DNA of 64,000 nt from Amphiscolops sp. MND2022 (lineage: Eukaryota), in the NCBI GenBank assembly GCA_964187785.1, contig OZ076409.1:53074001-53138000 (forward strand), in the 5' to 3' direction. Every line of letters starts with the position of its first letter. Positions within the stretch are counted from its first letter, which is position 1. Below the pieces are notes generated by a model. It was not told the origin of the DNA. It did not search any database and saw only the letters and a list, made by a program, of their open reading frames with translations. A program made the position numbers and the translations under genes. Positions 31,601-43,853 of this stretch are shown here, piece by piece.

Positions 31601-34600
31601 GACCGCTCCCCTCGTCCTCAGGTCTCTATTCAACTTGTTTTAAAGCTGTTGCTTCTAACAAAGAATTGGACTCTGAACTTGCCGATCAACTCCGAAGCTG
31701 GTACGATATCGAATCGTATGGAGCGTACAAGCAAGTAGATTCGCGTTCCGCTGCCGACGCGAGAGCGTTGGAAATACTTGAAGAAACGACGTACCACGAT
31801 GGTAACCGATACCATGTGGGAATGTTGTGGACCGAAGCCGACAGTAGTTTGCCGAATAACTACTTTTCCGCGCTCGAGCAGCTAAAATCGTTGGAACGTC
31901 GCCTCGACAAAAATCCGCAATTGCAACAACTCTATGCCAAGACAATTCACGACGACATAGAGAAAGGGTACATTGTCAAAGTTGACAAAAGTGACTGTTT
32001 CAAAGAGGACCAACCCCGCAAGGTTCGCAGGGTCTTGAATGGCACAGCAAAGTTCCAGGGTAAATCTTTGAACAACGCCTTGTTAACCGGACCTGACTTG
32101 CTTCAACGTTTGATACACATACTTATCCGATTTGGTCAACACAAGTACGCTGTTTCTGCCGACATCGAAGGTATGTTTCTTCAAGTAGGAGTCTTACCAA
32201 AGGATCAACCTTCACTTCGTTTTCTGTGGCGGGAAGACCCAGCTTCAGAAATAGCTGTCTACCAATACGTCCGGCACATCCTTGGATCCAAGGACTCGCC
32301 AACATGTGCCAACTACGCGCTGAAGCGCACTGGTATCGATAACCAAGACACTTTCCCTGAAGCAGCGAAAAGCGTTCATCGCAACTTTTACATGGACAAC
32401 TACTTGGAGTCAAGTCCCACAGTTGAAGAAGCCAGCAACAAAGCGAAGGACTTGGTCACAATGCTAGCAAAAGGTGGCTTCAATTTAACCAAATTTGTCT
32501 CCAACATCGGCCACCTTCCAGCCGAACTGCAACGCAGCGGTAAATCAGCACCAGCCGATGCGAAGGTTATTCCGAAATCGGATGAGTCCTCACATGTCTT
32601 GGGACTTAAGTGGATCATGTCCCTGATACCCTCATAGTAAGTCGGGGAACGAACCCTGATACCAACAAAACAATTACACAGCGAGTGGTACTGAGTTTAG
32701 TCTCGGCAGTTTCCGATCCAATTGGACTCGTTGCTCCGTATACCGTCCAAGCAAGACTCTTGTTGAAAGACATCTGGAGAATAAGTGGTCAGCAGTGGGA
32801 TGATGATCTGCCGGACAAAATCGTAACCAAGTTCAACGAATGGAGCAAAGAGTTGCCAACTTTAAGCGAGATTCAAATCCCACGGATCTACTTCGAAGAG
32901 TGAGTTGATTCTTTGGAGCTTCATATGTTCGGCGATAGCTCTCAAGATGTCTTCAGTGCCGTCGCCTTCCTACGAGGAAAAGTTGCCACCACGACAGGTC
33001 ACACCACAGAGTTAGCTTTCGTCTTCGGTAAAGCCAGAGTGGCACCCATGAAAGCCCTAACGATCCCAAAGCTCGAGCTACAAACCTCGTTGCTTGCTGC
33101 ACGACTCCCAAAGGAAATTGAAATTGCTCTAACGGTCAGAATTGACAACACTTTCATGTGGACGGACAGTACGACGGTCCTTCGGTGGCTCCATTCAATA
33201 GAAAAGCAACTGGTGTTCGTCACCAACCGTGTTGCCGAACTCCTGGAACTAACAACAGTGGATGAATGGAATTACGTCAAATCATGTGACAACCCCGCTG
33301 ATGCAGGAACACGGGGTCTCTCAGCCAATTCGCTTCGTGAAAGTCTTTGGCTCAAAGGTCCTTCATTCTTGCGAACATATGACTGGCCGTTCAAACCACC
33401 AAAAGAAGTTGAGACCAAATTGAAAGCGAAAAAGTCAGCCATTCCCAATTCGGAAGAAACCTCGGAGTTCGAGACAGCTCTAAGCGCAACGGTGATTGGC
33501 ATGGCGACAACTTTCGAGTGGCAGAAGTACAGCTCGTACGAGAAACTTCTGCGCGTTGTTGCTTACGTTTTGCGCCTACTGCCGAAAAACACATTTTTTG
33601 TACCGACTCTGGTTTAATAACTGACCCAAGCGAATTGCAGTATGCTCAAATGAGACTCTCCTATATCATCCAACAAGAGTCCGTCGAATTGAAGTGTTTG
33701 CTGAAACAATCCCCCGTCAGCAACTCTTCCAAACTTTCCCAATTCTCCCCTTTCATTGGGCCTCAAGGCCTACTGCGAGCAACCGGCCGGACCAAACAAC
33801 TAACAGTTTCCACTTTTGACGCAAAACACCCAATTTTACTGGACAGCCGTCACCCCGCCGTACGTTTGTTCTTGGAACAGCTCCACGAAACACATTGCCA
33901 TCAGGGTGTCGACTACTTGATGGCGTTGGTGCAGCAACAGTTCGCCATCGTCAAGATTAGAACCGCCCTGAGGTCAATTGTTTCCAAATGTGTCACTTGC
34001 CGCAAACGTCGAGCGGAAACTCTCAACCCGATAATGTCAGACCTTCCTCGCGAAAGGCTGGCATTTAAAGAGCGTCCATTTACGAGCACCGGAATTGATT
34101 ATTTTGGTCCTTTTTACGTAGCTGTGAAAAGATCAACCGAAAAACGATGGGGATTCCTCTTCACTTGCTTAACTACCAGAGCTGTCCATTTTGGAGTTTT
34201 TCCGTCAATGGACTCTAGTAGTTGTGTCAAGGGAATCGAAAGATTCGCTGCCCGTCGGGGCGTCCCATCAGTTTCGTGGTCTGATAACGGAACCAACTTC
34301 ATCGCCAGCCAAAAGGAGTTGCTACAAAACGTGTCAGCGTGGAATCAACAGATTCTGTCTGAAGCTTTGGTCAAAAAACGGATCCACTGGAAATTCAATC
34401 CTCCCAGTGCTCCTCACCACGGAGGTGTCTGGGAACGAATTGTCAGAAGCTTCGAACACGTCTTTTACGCAATCCTTGGAAACCGTCGCCTAACTGACGA
34501 GATACTAACAACTACCTTCTGTCTAGTAGAGCAGAGTCTCAATTCTCGTCCACTTGTACCCGTTAGCTCCGACGCTACAGATTTGGACGCCTTGACTCCA

Positions 34601-34988
34601 AACCATTTCCTAATGGAAACCGCGAGTTCCACACTGCCCTCGCACCAAAGAGCCGACGTAGACCACAAGAAACGCTACGCGCGAGCCCAAGCGTACTCAG
34701 ATGCAATTTGGGATCGTTGGTTAAGAGATTACGTCCCGTCGCCTAACCGCCGTACAAAATGGTGTGCCCAATCAGATCGAGACCTGAAGACCGGAGATCT
34801 TGTCTGGATTTGTCGAGCCCACGAGTCCACGAGGAGATTACCCACTTGCACGTGTGGTTAAGTTGAACTACGGACCCGACTCAGTCGCCCGCTCTGCAGA
34901 ACTGAAGACAACAACAGGAAACCTGGTTCGACCCATTGTCAAGCTTGCACCCGTTCTCCCGCCTTCTGTTTCTCCTGATTGTCAATAA
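28631..34988 (+). pseudogene. BEL-B gag-pol, disrupted by stops and frameshifts
   Basis: Gag core YSGDPIQW..W..QF...KLTFLK; three Cys/His knuckles (about 30780-30980); protease LCDSACS; RT GPDLL, ADIEGMFLQ and FYMDN (YMDD mutated); RH HMFGDSS and TIPKLEL; IN GIDYFGP, SDNGTNF and GGVWE; C-terminal RPIVKLAP. Confidence 0.93.
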
Positions 34989-35061
34989 TCTTGAATACTT
35001 CCCCTTTTGTTTCTCTCGTAACCCTACTTATCAAAAATTACCATGTAACATGTATATCAAA

Positions 35062-35150
35062 AATTCATGTAAACCGTTTTCTGAAAAACGAATTCATGTA
35101 AACCGTTTTCTAAAAAATTCATGTAAACCGTTTTCCGAAAAAAAATCATG
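35062..35150 (+). repeat. Short tandem repeat (3 copies of aattcatgtaaaccgtttt...) in the BEL-B 3' UTR
   Basis: Directly visible units of 26-29 bp. Confidence 0.85.
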
Positions 35151-35666
35151 TAACCTTTATCATGTTCAGGTCTAACGTTTTGCATTTGCATCTTCTTGGG
35201 CCCGGAGGATGTTGCGTCTCAATAGGATTGAATTAAAAGTATTATTTTGGCAAATGTTATCTCTTTGCTATCTCGAAATGTTGAGTCATGAATTGTTCAT
35301 GAATTTTAACTAGTTGTAAAAATATTTGCGGGATTATTTGTTTTGGTTATGATTCATTGTTGTTTTTCTTTCAGTTCAATTCACATTGACATAATCTGTA
35401 ACCAATTTTAGAAAACGAGATATAGAAATGGAAACTATATTTCTTTCATCTGCTTTCTATTTGTACTTGTTTATATTATTACTTTAAAGTACCTGCCCTG
35501 CCATATAAGTGGAGATGAAGCTAAATACTCAATGATACAAAGAAGAGTGTGAAAAGCTAGTTGAATCCTAATAAACTGAATTTTCTCTTTTACAAGTATA
35601 TTAGAGATATAACATGGCGCAGTCAGAGTAACTTAAAACAGTTACTGAAGACTACTACAAAATACA

Positions 35667-38366
35667 ATGGACGACAGTACAAACGCCACCGCATGAAATG
35701 GAGGCATCAACACGACGTCGGCGGAATCGCATCCAGACGAACAACCGCTACCAAACGAGACGATGAACAGAACCACGGAACGGACTTGCACGCAGAAAGT
35801 CACCATTCCGAAATTGGAAAAGCAAGACTACGCCAATGCAAACATGTGGTGGCGGAAGTTTGTACAGTACATCAAGATGACAAAAGACCTAGACTTATCA
35901 TCAATGACAAACAGCCAAGAGATACTGCCACAATACCGTGATCATTAAGAAGCAGAGATAAAAGACATATTTCTGTGGGTAATTGGACAAATCGCTATCA
36001 CGGAATTGACCAAAACGGTTAGAGAGAGAGAGATCCAAGCTCACTACCGTTACACAAACTATATACATTAATCCGGTTACATTTCACCCCGCCCGGAAAG
36101 AAGCGTCCACCATAGTAGAGCCGATTTTTTCGAACTGAAACGAGAGGAAGGAGAATCTGCGGCAGATGACTGGAAACTGATATTGGCAATCGAATAAATT
36201 GTGGATTTGAAGAAATAACCGCAGCGGAACTCTTGGCATCAAAGTTTTTATCTGTAATCGGTGAATCTACAGCCGGCTACGACCTCAAGAAAAAAATCAG
36301 ACAAAGCGATATGTCGGTGGAGGCAATTACCGAAGCATTACATGAACACATGCACATGTACGAAAAATTGAATGACTCACCAGAAACTAGAGACGAGAAG
36401 AAAATTCGATACCTCAATAAAAGAAAGGTAAAAAGCACCAAAGAACCAACGGATATACCGAAAAAATTCAAAAAGCTGGATTGCAATAGATGCGGAGCAC
36501 CGAACTGGTCCAGACAACATGAATGCCCGGCCAGAGGAAAAAAAAATGTGCAAAATGCGAAAAAATTGGCCATTACACGAAAGGCTGCAGAACAAACAAA
36601 AAAGTAAGCCGCATACAAGATCATGAAACAAGCAGTGCGGAAGAAGATTACTTGTCACGAACACAATCCATCGCGTGAATCGGAAGACCCATTCAACACG
36701 CCAAATGAGAAAAGATGGTCCGGATGTCTTCATCCTTACCGCATTGGTGAATAACCGACCAATCAAGTTTTTATTAGACAGCGGATCACCGGTAACTTTA
36801 ATACTGAAATCACAATTCAATAGGCTAACACCACTGAAACAGCTTGAAACTGAAAACAGAGATGTAAATGACAACCAAATTAGATTTGAAGGAAAGACAA
36901 CCGCAACTGTGGAACTAGACGGAAAACGAAACAACCTGGAAATTATGGTAACCACAAAGAAAACCAATCCCTTGTTAGGTTTGAACTGGATGGAAAAATT
37001 GGGAATTACGCTGGACACCGGTAAAACCGGTCCCCAAATGAACCATGTCACAGTCGACCCGGACATAACAACTCTCAAAAGAAAGTTCAAAAAATTTATC
37101 CAGGAAAACCATACTGTGAAAGGACTGGAAGTAAAAATACAACTGAAAGAAGATGCGAGATTGATACAGCAAAAAGGACGACCGATACCAATCCATCTAC
37201 AACAATCGGGTGAAAGAGAAATAAACAAGTTATTGAAACGGGGCCATATTGAAAAAACAGTTGACATCGATGAAAACTTATTTGTCAGCCCGGCCGTAAT
37301 TACCGTATAAAAGGACAAATCGGTAAAAATTGCATTAGATTCGCGAAAACTGAACGAAACCACCATAAAGAGGAAGACACAATTGCCGAACATGGAGGAA
37401 GTAATCTCCAGAATCTCCAGAAAAATCGCGGACGGACCGGCAGACGAGATCTGGATTTCAAACTTTGACCTGGACTTCGCGTACGGCCAACTAATATTAT
37501 CCAGAGAATCCCGAAACTTGTGCATAATTGCCGTAATCGGTAGAAACTTTACCGGTTATTACCATTACCTGAAAGGGTTTTACAGGTTGGCAGATATACC
37601 GACAATCTTCTAGGAGAAAAGTGACCAGACATTCGAAAACAAATCCCAGCATTGCTGGTTGACATAATCGTCGTAACCAAATGTTCAGAAGAACAACACA
37701 AAAAGGAAATAGTTGATGTTCTAACCCGACGGGAAAAAGCCGGATACGAACTCAGCGAAAATAAATCCCAATTTTTCGAAACGGAGATTGAATGAATTGG
37801 TCACAAAATTGACCAAAATGGAATCAGACTATTGCAAGACACGTTAATGGCAATAAAGAATTGAAACAACACAACAACGAGAAAGAGCTAAAATCTTTTC
37901 TGGGAGCCATCCAGTATCTGTCAAACACATTGATAATTTATCAGCACAAACGGATAGCCTGAGACAACTTCTGACTTTTGAAGAAAGATACTGAGTGGAT
38001 ATGGACGGAAGAACACACACAATCATTCAAAAATCTCAAACAAAAGATCAAGGAAATACCGTGTCTGGCGCACTATAATTCTAACTTTTCAAATGGTTTA
38101 AAAACCGACGCCAGCACGAAAGGCCTCGGTGTGACTCTGTGACAGGAACAAACATATGGGAAATTAAAGCCAATCGGTTTCGCAAGCCGATTTCTATTGC
38201 ACACCGAAAAAAATATGGGATTAACGAAATCGAACTACTGGCTATAATTTGGGGATTAGAACACTTTCGAATATATAAAATCGATATATAGTAAACAGAT
38301 CAAGTTACTCACGGACCACCAAGCACTAGAACCGTTGATCAAAAGGAATCGATCCACCAAAACATA
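35667..38366 (+). pseudogene. Gypsy-B gag, protease, RT and start of RNase H, heavily disrupted
   Basis: CNRCG...HECPARGK Mag-type knuckle, LLDSGS...LLGLNW protease, LDSRKLN and DLDFAYGQ RT motifs, TDASTKGLG RNase H. Confidence 0.88.
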
Positions 38367-38566
38367 NNNNNNNNNNNNNNNNNNNNNNNNNNNNNNNNNN
38401 NNNNNNNNNNNNNNNNNNNNNNNNNNNNNNNNNNNNNNNNNNNNNNNNNNNNNNNNNNNNNNNNNNNNNNNNNNNNNNNNNNNNNNNNNNNNNNNNNNNN
38501 NNNNNNNNNNNNNNNNNNNNNNNNNNNNNNNNNNNNNNNNNNNNNNNNNNNNNNNNNNNNNNNNNN
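38367..38566. other. Assembly gap (200 N)
   Basis: Run of N. Confidence 1.
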
Positions 38567-40507
38567 GAAGAATTCGCATAGCTTGTTTGCAACATAACTG
38601 TCACAGTAAACCAAGGGTGATAATTTTCCGTTTGATGGTTGGCTCGATTGGAAGTTTTTTAGGAAGCAGTTGTTGAAGGAGCTGTTCCATCTATTTCGCC
38701 ACTGACTTGTTATAAATGAATTGATTTCTGGAGGCGAATATTTCAGTCTTGTGTTACTTGGGTAAAGTCAGGAAAATCTTTTCAGGCTAGCTTCTAGGAT
38801 ATTTGCTTTGCTCGAGGTTCTACAGAGAGCGGATTGATGACTGTACAGAACCAGATCGTTTTTTTCCTTTGGCTCAATTGCAAATTTGATGGCAATACAT
38901 TCGCAAAGTATGTCTAAAGGAGGCTGTCCAATCAGCGCTTGGCTTGCTTGAACGGATGGGCCGTGTTTGAAAACAGATCTAAGGACGGAATTTTGAAGAG
39001 TCTGTAGTTTCTCCACATTTTTGTTATAACAAATTGGCGCTCCGTAGAGTAGTTGTGGTAAAATGATGGTTTTGTATGGAAATACTTGTGTAGTAATTGA
39101 CAGTGAGTACTTCCTGGTGCATTTACAGGCAATAAGATTCCAATTTCTCTTGGCTTTGGCAATTCTCTGCTCTGTTTGTTCACGGAAGTTTAATTTATCG
39201 TCGATTTGGATGCATAGGGATCTAGAAGATGATTTTATTTTACAGAGATGCCCGTTCATTACAATAGCTGGTTTTGAAAAAATTGCTGCAATAAAAACTA
39301 TTATCTCTGTTTTGGAACCATTGACCACCATCCGCCATTTCCGGCACCAATTTTGAATTTCATTTGCAACTTCTTGTAATGTTGATTCGAGCGTACTGGG
39401 GATGGATACTTTGACGAGTACGGCTGTGTCGTCTGCGAATTTGAAGCGGAAAGAAAGCGTGCCGATGAAGTCATCTATGAACAATATAAATAAGGTTGGT
39501 GAGAGAACGCTACCCTGCGGGAGACCACTTTCAATCTTAAAAGGCGGTGAGTTGAACTTTCCTACTTTGATGAAGGATTCGCGAGAGAGCAAAAATGATT
39601 TAATAATGTTAAACATCCGACCCGTGATTCCCACTTGGTTGATGTAACGGCTGCTTGCCCTTATCCTGCGCTGAGGCTTGACAAGCTTTACGCCGCCCTG
39701 ATCCGTTGCTTAGTGCTGTGGACCGTCACTAAACAATTCCTGGTTTTCTTGTTTAAAGGACTGTATCTTTTGGCTGGCGGGTCCGATGTGACCCGTGGAA
39801 TCTCCTGCGATTCCTCTTTGCACTGATTTGGATCCGATGTGATCCTGCACACACTTCCCTCACAGTATCTTCACGCGCTCCGGCTCTCCAACTATGAGAG
39901 TAGCTACTTAGTCGCTCTGACTCTAGCGAAAAGTTGTGAAGATTGAGAAGTAGATTAATTAGTCTCGCGGTCCTGAGACCCAACTTGACTATAGCTATAC
40001 AGTGGAGAAAATCTCTATCTAATAATGGTATACATATGGTTTACAATTCTACAGTAAATATAAGCAAATATCAGTTGAAATATGTTGTATAAATAAATGA
40101 CATTTAAGTGAATTATTAAGGTTATTGGCTATGTAAACAGAGAATGTGGTGGTTTTGGCATGTTGGTCAGGTGGGCTCAGAAGCATGTTTACACTATGTA
40201 AATATCATCAATTTCAACAGAGCTGCATTCTAATGTGGTCAGAAGGGTAAATAGCAATGTTTACATTTTTGTCTCAATGACCTTGAATACTACACATGTG
40301 AGGGGTAATGGGGGTTATAATGGGGGAATGACCTTGAAACTTAGCCGGTGTGTCCGTATTATGTACTTGCATATGTGTGCCAAGTTTCAAGTCTCTATGT
40401 TTAATAGTTGTAGAGAAAATCCCGACTGGGGGGGGTTTTTCGATTTAGCAAGGTGAGGTTTTCGTTCAAATTTTCATCTAAGTTTCGAAGTTTTAAGTTC
40501 TTGTTTC

Positions 40508-43186
40508 TCAACCAGCATGTTCCAAATCGACTTTCTCTGCTTTCTGATGACTGGCGCCAACATTGCCGGCCCTGTTTTTCTCCCGAAAAACACTTTCGTA
40601 GAACATGGGTGCCAGTTTCACTACTGGTCTTTTGAGTTTTCCATCTTCCGTTTTCACCAGCGCTGATCTCACTCGCCCATCGCTTCCATGATACACTTCC
40701 AACACTCTGCCCATCTTGTAGTGTGCTCTTTTCACATTCTCATCCACTTTCCAAACCAAATCATTGACTTCAAGTTGTCTAATTCCTTCTTTTTTCCATT
40801 TTCCAAAAAATTGAAGTTGCATCATCATTTCTTCCCATGATACAGCCGGCCCTATGAAAGGCCCATTTTCCGAACTTGTTGTTGTTTGTGCTTTTGAAGA
40901 ACCCAATTGCGTTTCCATTAGCGATATTTCGTCTGCAAATTTATCTATCACAATCTTTGCATATAGGATGCCAGTTATCAATTGAAAACTTTCGACCATT
41001 CCATGTAATAGGTTTGAGGTGTGTTCAAACTTCCAAGCTCGTTTCTTCGGTCGCTTGCGGTGGCCTTTGCTCAACTGAGTTTTATCCATGCCGTTAGCCT
41101 GTGCCACCGCGTCCATCCCAGAGTTTCCATTACCAATCCGAGGGTTCCACTCATTGTTATTACTCGGGATAGTTTCTTCTACAAGGCTTACTTTGAAGTC
41201 AACATCAAATTTCTCTCCAAAGGTTGCAATCATGGTACGTGTTTCACCTTTGGCAATGCATTCAACGGGTTTGTCATGTTTCGCTGCAACATGGCATAGC
41301 TTTCGATACATTGCTTCTTCACTACAATCATCAAGCAGTGCAAATTGTTGCTCATGCACAAATCCATAACTTTTGTCGAATTCAAAACATTTGTTTCCTT
41401 CTTCAAGAAGTAGAGTACTGTCATGAAACATCGTCACTTCGAATATTTTCCCTTGCTGTACATCCTGTTGAACGGTGAAAACTTCTGCACTCTCTTGCAG
41501 CAACTCCAATTTCACATTCAATTCTTCCGAAGATTGTTTGCTTGATGCGAATGCTGAGTTTCTATGCTCTTTCCTTGTTTCCGTCAAGGTGTACTTCAAG
41601 ATCTCCTCTGTTTGCACTATTGATTGCTCACTCATGAACATGTGAACCTTTTCTTCCAAAACCTGTTTGGTATCCATGAGGAGGGTTTCTGAACGGACGT
41701 CTTGCCGACTGTTGTCTACAATGAATGTTTCTGACAATTTCTGTATACATTCTGTTGTGATGAGCTGCGAGGTTCCTTGGTTTGCAAGTTTCACGTCTGG
41801 TTGTGATATTGCTTCTTTTCTGCACGTTCCGTCATCAGCTTGCTCATCGGCTTCTGTCGGAGGTTTTGAGTCTCTCCTAAGCGCGGAGAACTTTCCTTTG
41901 TGAACTAATTTCACTGCATTCTCTGATTTCACATGAACTGATAGTGCAATATTGGACTTAGCTCCGTCTTCGACTGTTTCTGTCTCAGCCATGCATCTTG
42001 AGTCTTCCGTGAAACTGTCGGCTGATGAGACACTTGGGAAGCTAGTCCCCTGACTGCTCGACACTTCCGCTATTTCTCTTTCTTTTTCAGCTATTCTGGC
42101 TTTGCGGGCAAGCTGTTCATGCAAGTCAGCTATTTCCATTTGTACTGCTTCACGCTTCAGTTTCTCGAGTCGGGTTTGCAGTTCTTCTTGCTCTTTCTGA
42201 GCTTTTACTCTCAAAGAAAGAACTCGTCTAGCACTTGAACTTTTCGAAATCACTGAGCTTCTGTTGCTTCCGGTTTCAACCAGTTTTGGATGTTTGCCCA
42301 GTTCCTCTATTTCCAATTGTCCAGTCTCGCTTCTTTGGCCTTGGACTTCATCCGATTTCTGATCTTCCGCTTTCTCTAATGCTAGAGGAAACAGTCGATC
42401 TCCATTAGACCACTTCGTGCTAACTGTTGGCCTGTTGTCCATCAGGATTGTTACGTCAGACACCTTACTGTTTTCTTCGAGTAGTGATGTCACATCGTTG
42501 ATTGAGTTTTCCACTTCAGATATGCTGTCTCTCATACCACAGCAACTTTCTTGTTCCTTGGTCTTTCTTGACCGTGTCAGTGATTCCTTTTCACTAGCTG
42601 TTTCTTTTACACAATTAGGTTTTGCCTGATGGACACGTCTTTGCCTCAACTTTCTTGTGCGAGGGCATCTCATAGCTGCGTCTGCAGATGTTCCATTTGT
42701 CATCTGACTCAGTTTCAACTCTTTTGTCCCATCAATTGGACACATCAACATTTGCTGCACATCGGGGAACCAATATCCCCAACTCGATTCCAGTTTCGCA
42801 AAGCATTCGTCCCATTCAGTCACACTTCGACTGAGCTGTCTTTGCGTTTCTTCATTTGTAAGACTCAACATAAAGTCTACACAGAACAGCAATGCCTGTC
42901 TTCTCTCGCGGTATTCAATTACCCGATCAATCAAGTTGCTTTTGGATACAACAGCTCCTTCCTCATCGAGCTTGTCATCCAAGTCTTTTACCAATGTATG
43001 GAGCTTTTTCACATGTAGGGGTACAGTATTCCAATAGAGGCACCACGCGTACCAATCTGACGCATTTTCCAAATCTTTCGGTCTGAGCTCCATCAGTTGT
43101 TGGCTCTGCTTTGTGTTTCTTTCCTCAAACACAATTGCCATTCGAGGGTGCTGCATCAGTTGCTTTTCTTTCTTTTTGGCTTTCAT
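40508..43186 (-). CDS. 892-aa BEL-derived protein: Gag N-terminal helical/coiled-coil region, diverged middle, BEL integrase C-terminal (DUF5641-type) domain
   Basis: Uninterrupted ORF. SKSSS...KARIAEKEREIA is homologous to BEL-C 54660-54920. The C-terminus LEVNDLVW.VDENVKR..YKMGRVLEV..GSDGRVRSA.VKT...LKRPVVKLAP is close to BEL-C ORF 59412-59798. The stop lies inside the 3' LTR. Confidence 0.8.
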   Translation of the reverse strand: MKAKKKEKQLMQHPRMAIVFEERNTKQSQQLMELRPKDLENASDWYAWCLYWNTVPLHVKKLHTLVKDLDDKLDEEGAVVSKSNLIDRVIEYRERRQALLFCVDFMLSLTNEETQRQLSRSVTEWDECFAKLESSWGYWFPDVQQMLMCPIDGTKELKLSQMTNGTSADAAMRCPRTRKLRQRRVHQAKPNCVKETASEKESLTRSRKTKEQESCCGMRDSISEVENSINDVTSLLEENSKVSDVTILMDNRPTVSTKWSNGDRLFPLALEKAEDQKSDEVQGQRSETGQLEIEELGKHPKLVETGSNRSSVISKSSSARRVLSLRVKAQKEQEELQTRLEKLKREAVQMEIADLHEQLARKARIAEKEREIAEVSSSQGTSFPSVSSADSFTEDSRCMAETETVEDGAKSNIALSVHVKSENAVKLVHKGKFSALRRDSKPPTEADEQADDGTCRKEAISQPDVKLANQGTSQLITTECIQKLSETFIVDNSRQDVRSETLLMDTKQVLEEKVHMFMSEQSIVQTEEILKYTLTETRKEHRNSAFASSKQSSEELNVKLELLQESAEVFTVQQDVQQGKIFEVTMFHDSTLLLEEGNKCFEFDKSYGFVHEQQFALLDDCSEEAMYRKLCHVAAKHDKPVECIAKGETRTMIATFGEKFDVDFKVSLVEETIPSNNNEWNPRIGNGNSGMDAVAQANGMDKTQLSKGHRKRPKKRAWKFEHTSNLLHGMVESFQLITGILYAKIVIDKFADEISLMETQLGSSKAQTTTSSENGPFIGPAVSWEEMMMQLQFFGKWKKEGIRQLEVNDLVWKVDENVKRAHYKMGRVLEVYHGSDGRVRSALVKTEDGKLKRPVVKLAPMFYESVFREKNRAGNVGASHQKAEKVDLEHAG

Positions 43187-43553
43187 TTGTTCATATGACT
43201 CTTTTGTTCCACTGAAGGCTTTCGAACTTCACAATTGTTTCTTGTAGGCTTTGTCACTTTTCCCAACTCTGCAATTTCTCAGATACAAAGTGTCAACTGC
43301 TCAATCCGGTAATCAATCGCCAATTCTTGAAGAATCAACCCAATACTGTCGATTATACTTGCCTTCTTTGACGAACTTGATTGTTTCGGTGGATCTTGTC
43401 TCTCTGACTTGATCCCTTGGCTTTACTTGGTGGATTTACTTGCACTGACGTCTTAGACCAGATCTTTGCTTCAATCAGGAATACGTTCCCAAAGAATACA
43501 ATTCGTCTCAAAACTAGAGTTGATGCACAAATACCTCCAGAGTGCCGCTAAAG

Positions 43554-43692
43554 CCCAACTCCCAGAGTACACAATAGCCCAATCTCCCAGAGACACAGTA
43601 GCCCAATCTCCCAGAGACACAGTAGCCCCATCTCCCAGAGTCACAATAGCCCAATCTCTCAGAGTCACAATAGCCCAATCTCCCAGAGACAC
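43554..43692. repeat. 21-bp minisatellite (cccaatctcccagagacacagta-like, about 6.5 copies) in the BEL-N leader
   Basis: Directly visible. It explains the TIAQSPRD repeat in the spurious ORF 43466-43894. Confidence 0.9.
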
Positions 43693-43762
43693 GAAATCAG
43701 AGACTCCAAGACCCAGTTCTTGGGCAATCTTCTGTTGTCTACCAACGAGTCGTCTTCTTCTA

Positions 43763-43853
43763 GTCCGGGTCGTCCACCAACGAGTTGTCCGGGTCGTCCA
43801 CCAACGAGTTGTCCGGGTCGGCGGACCAACGATTCGTCCGGGTCGGCGGACCA
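43763..43853 (-). promoter_or_regulatory. Tandemly amplified primer binding site (2 exact and 2 variant copies), tRNA-Tyr-like
   Basis: TGGTCCGCCGACCCGGAC at 43836-43853 and 43811-43828; TGGTGGACGACCCGGAC at 43787-43803 and 43763-43779. The complement fits a tRNA 3' end with G72, A73 and CCA, as in eukaryotic tRNA-Tyr. Confidence 0.85.

Larger units (their letters stand above)
26116..35448 (+). mobile_element. BEL/Pao LTR retrotransposon (BEL-B) inserted in the Gypsy-B 5' LTR
   Basis: 239-bp LTRs at 26116-26354 and 35210-35448 (about 7 differences), TSD TCTGC at 26111-26115 and 35449-35453, and gggcccggagga before the 3' LTR. Confidence 0.95.

Noticed and set aside
36377..37525. 382-aa - strand ORF
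   Set aside because: Antisense shadow of the A-rich Gypsy-B gag-pol, with no domain motifs.
38256..38676. ORFs spanning the N run
   Set aside because: Artefacts of the assembly gap.
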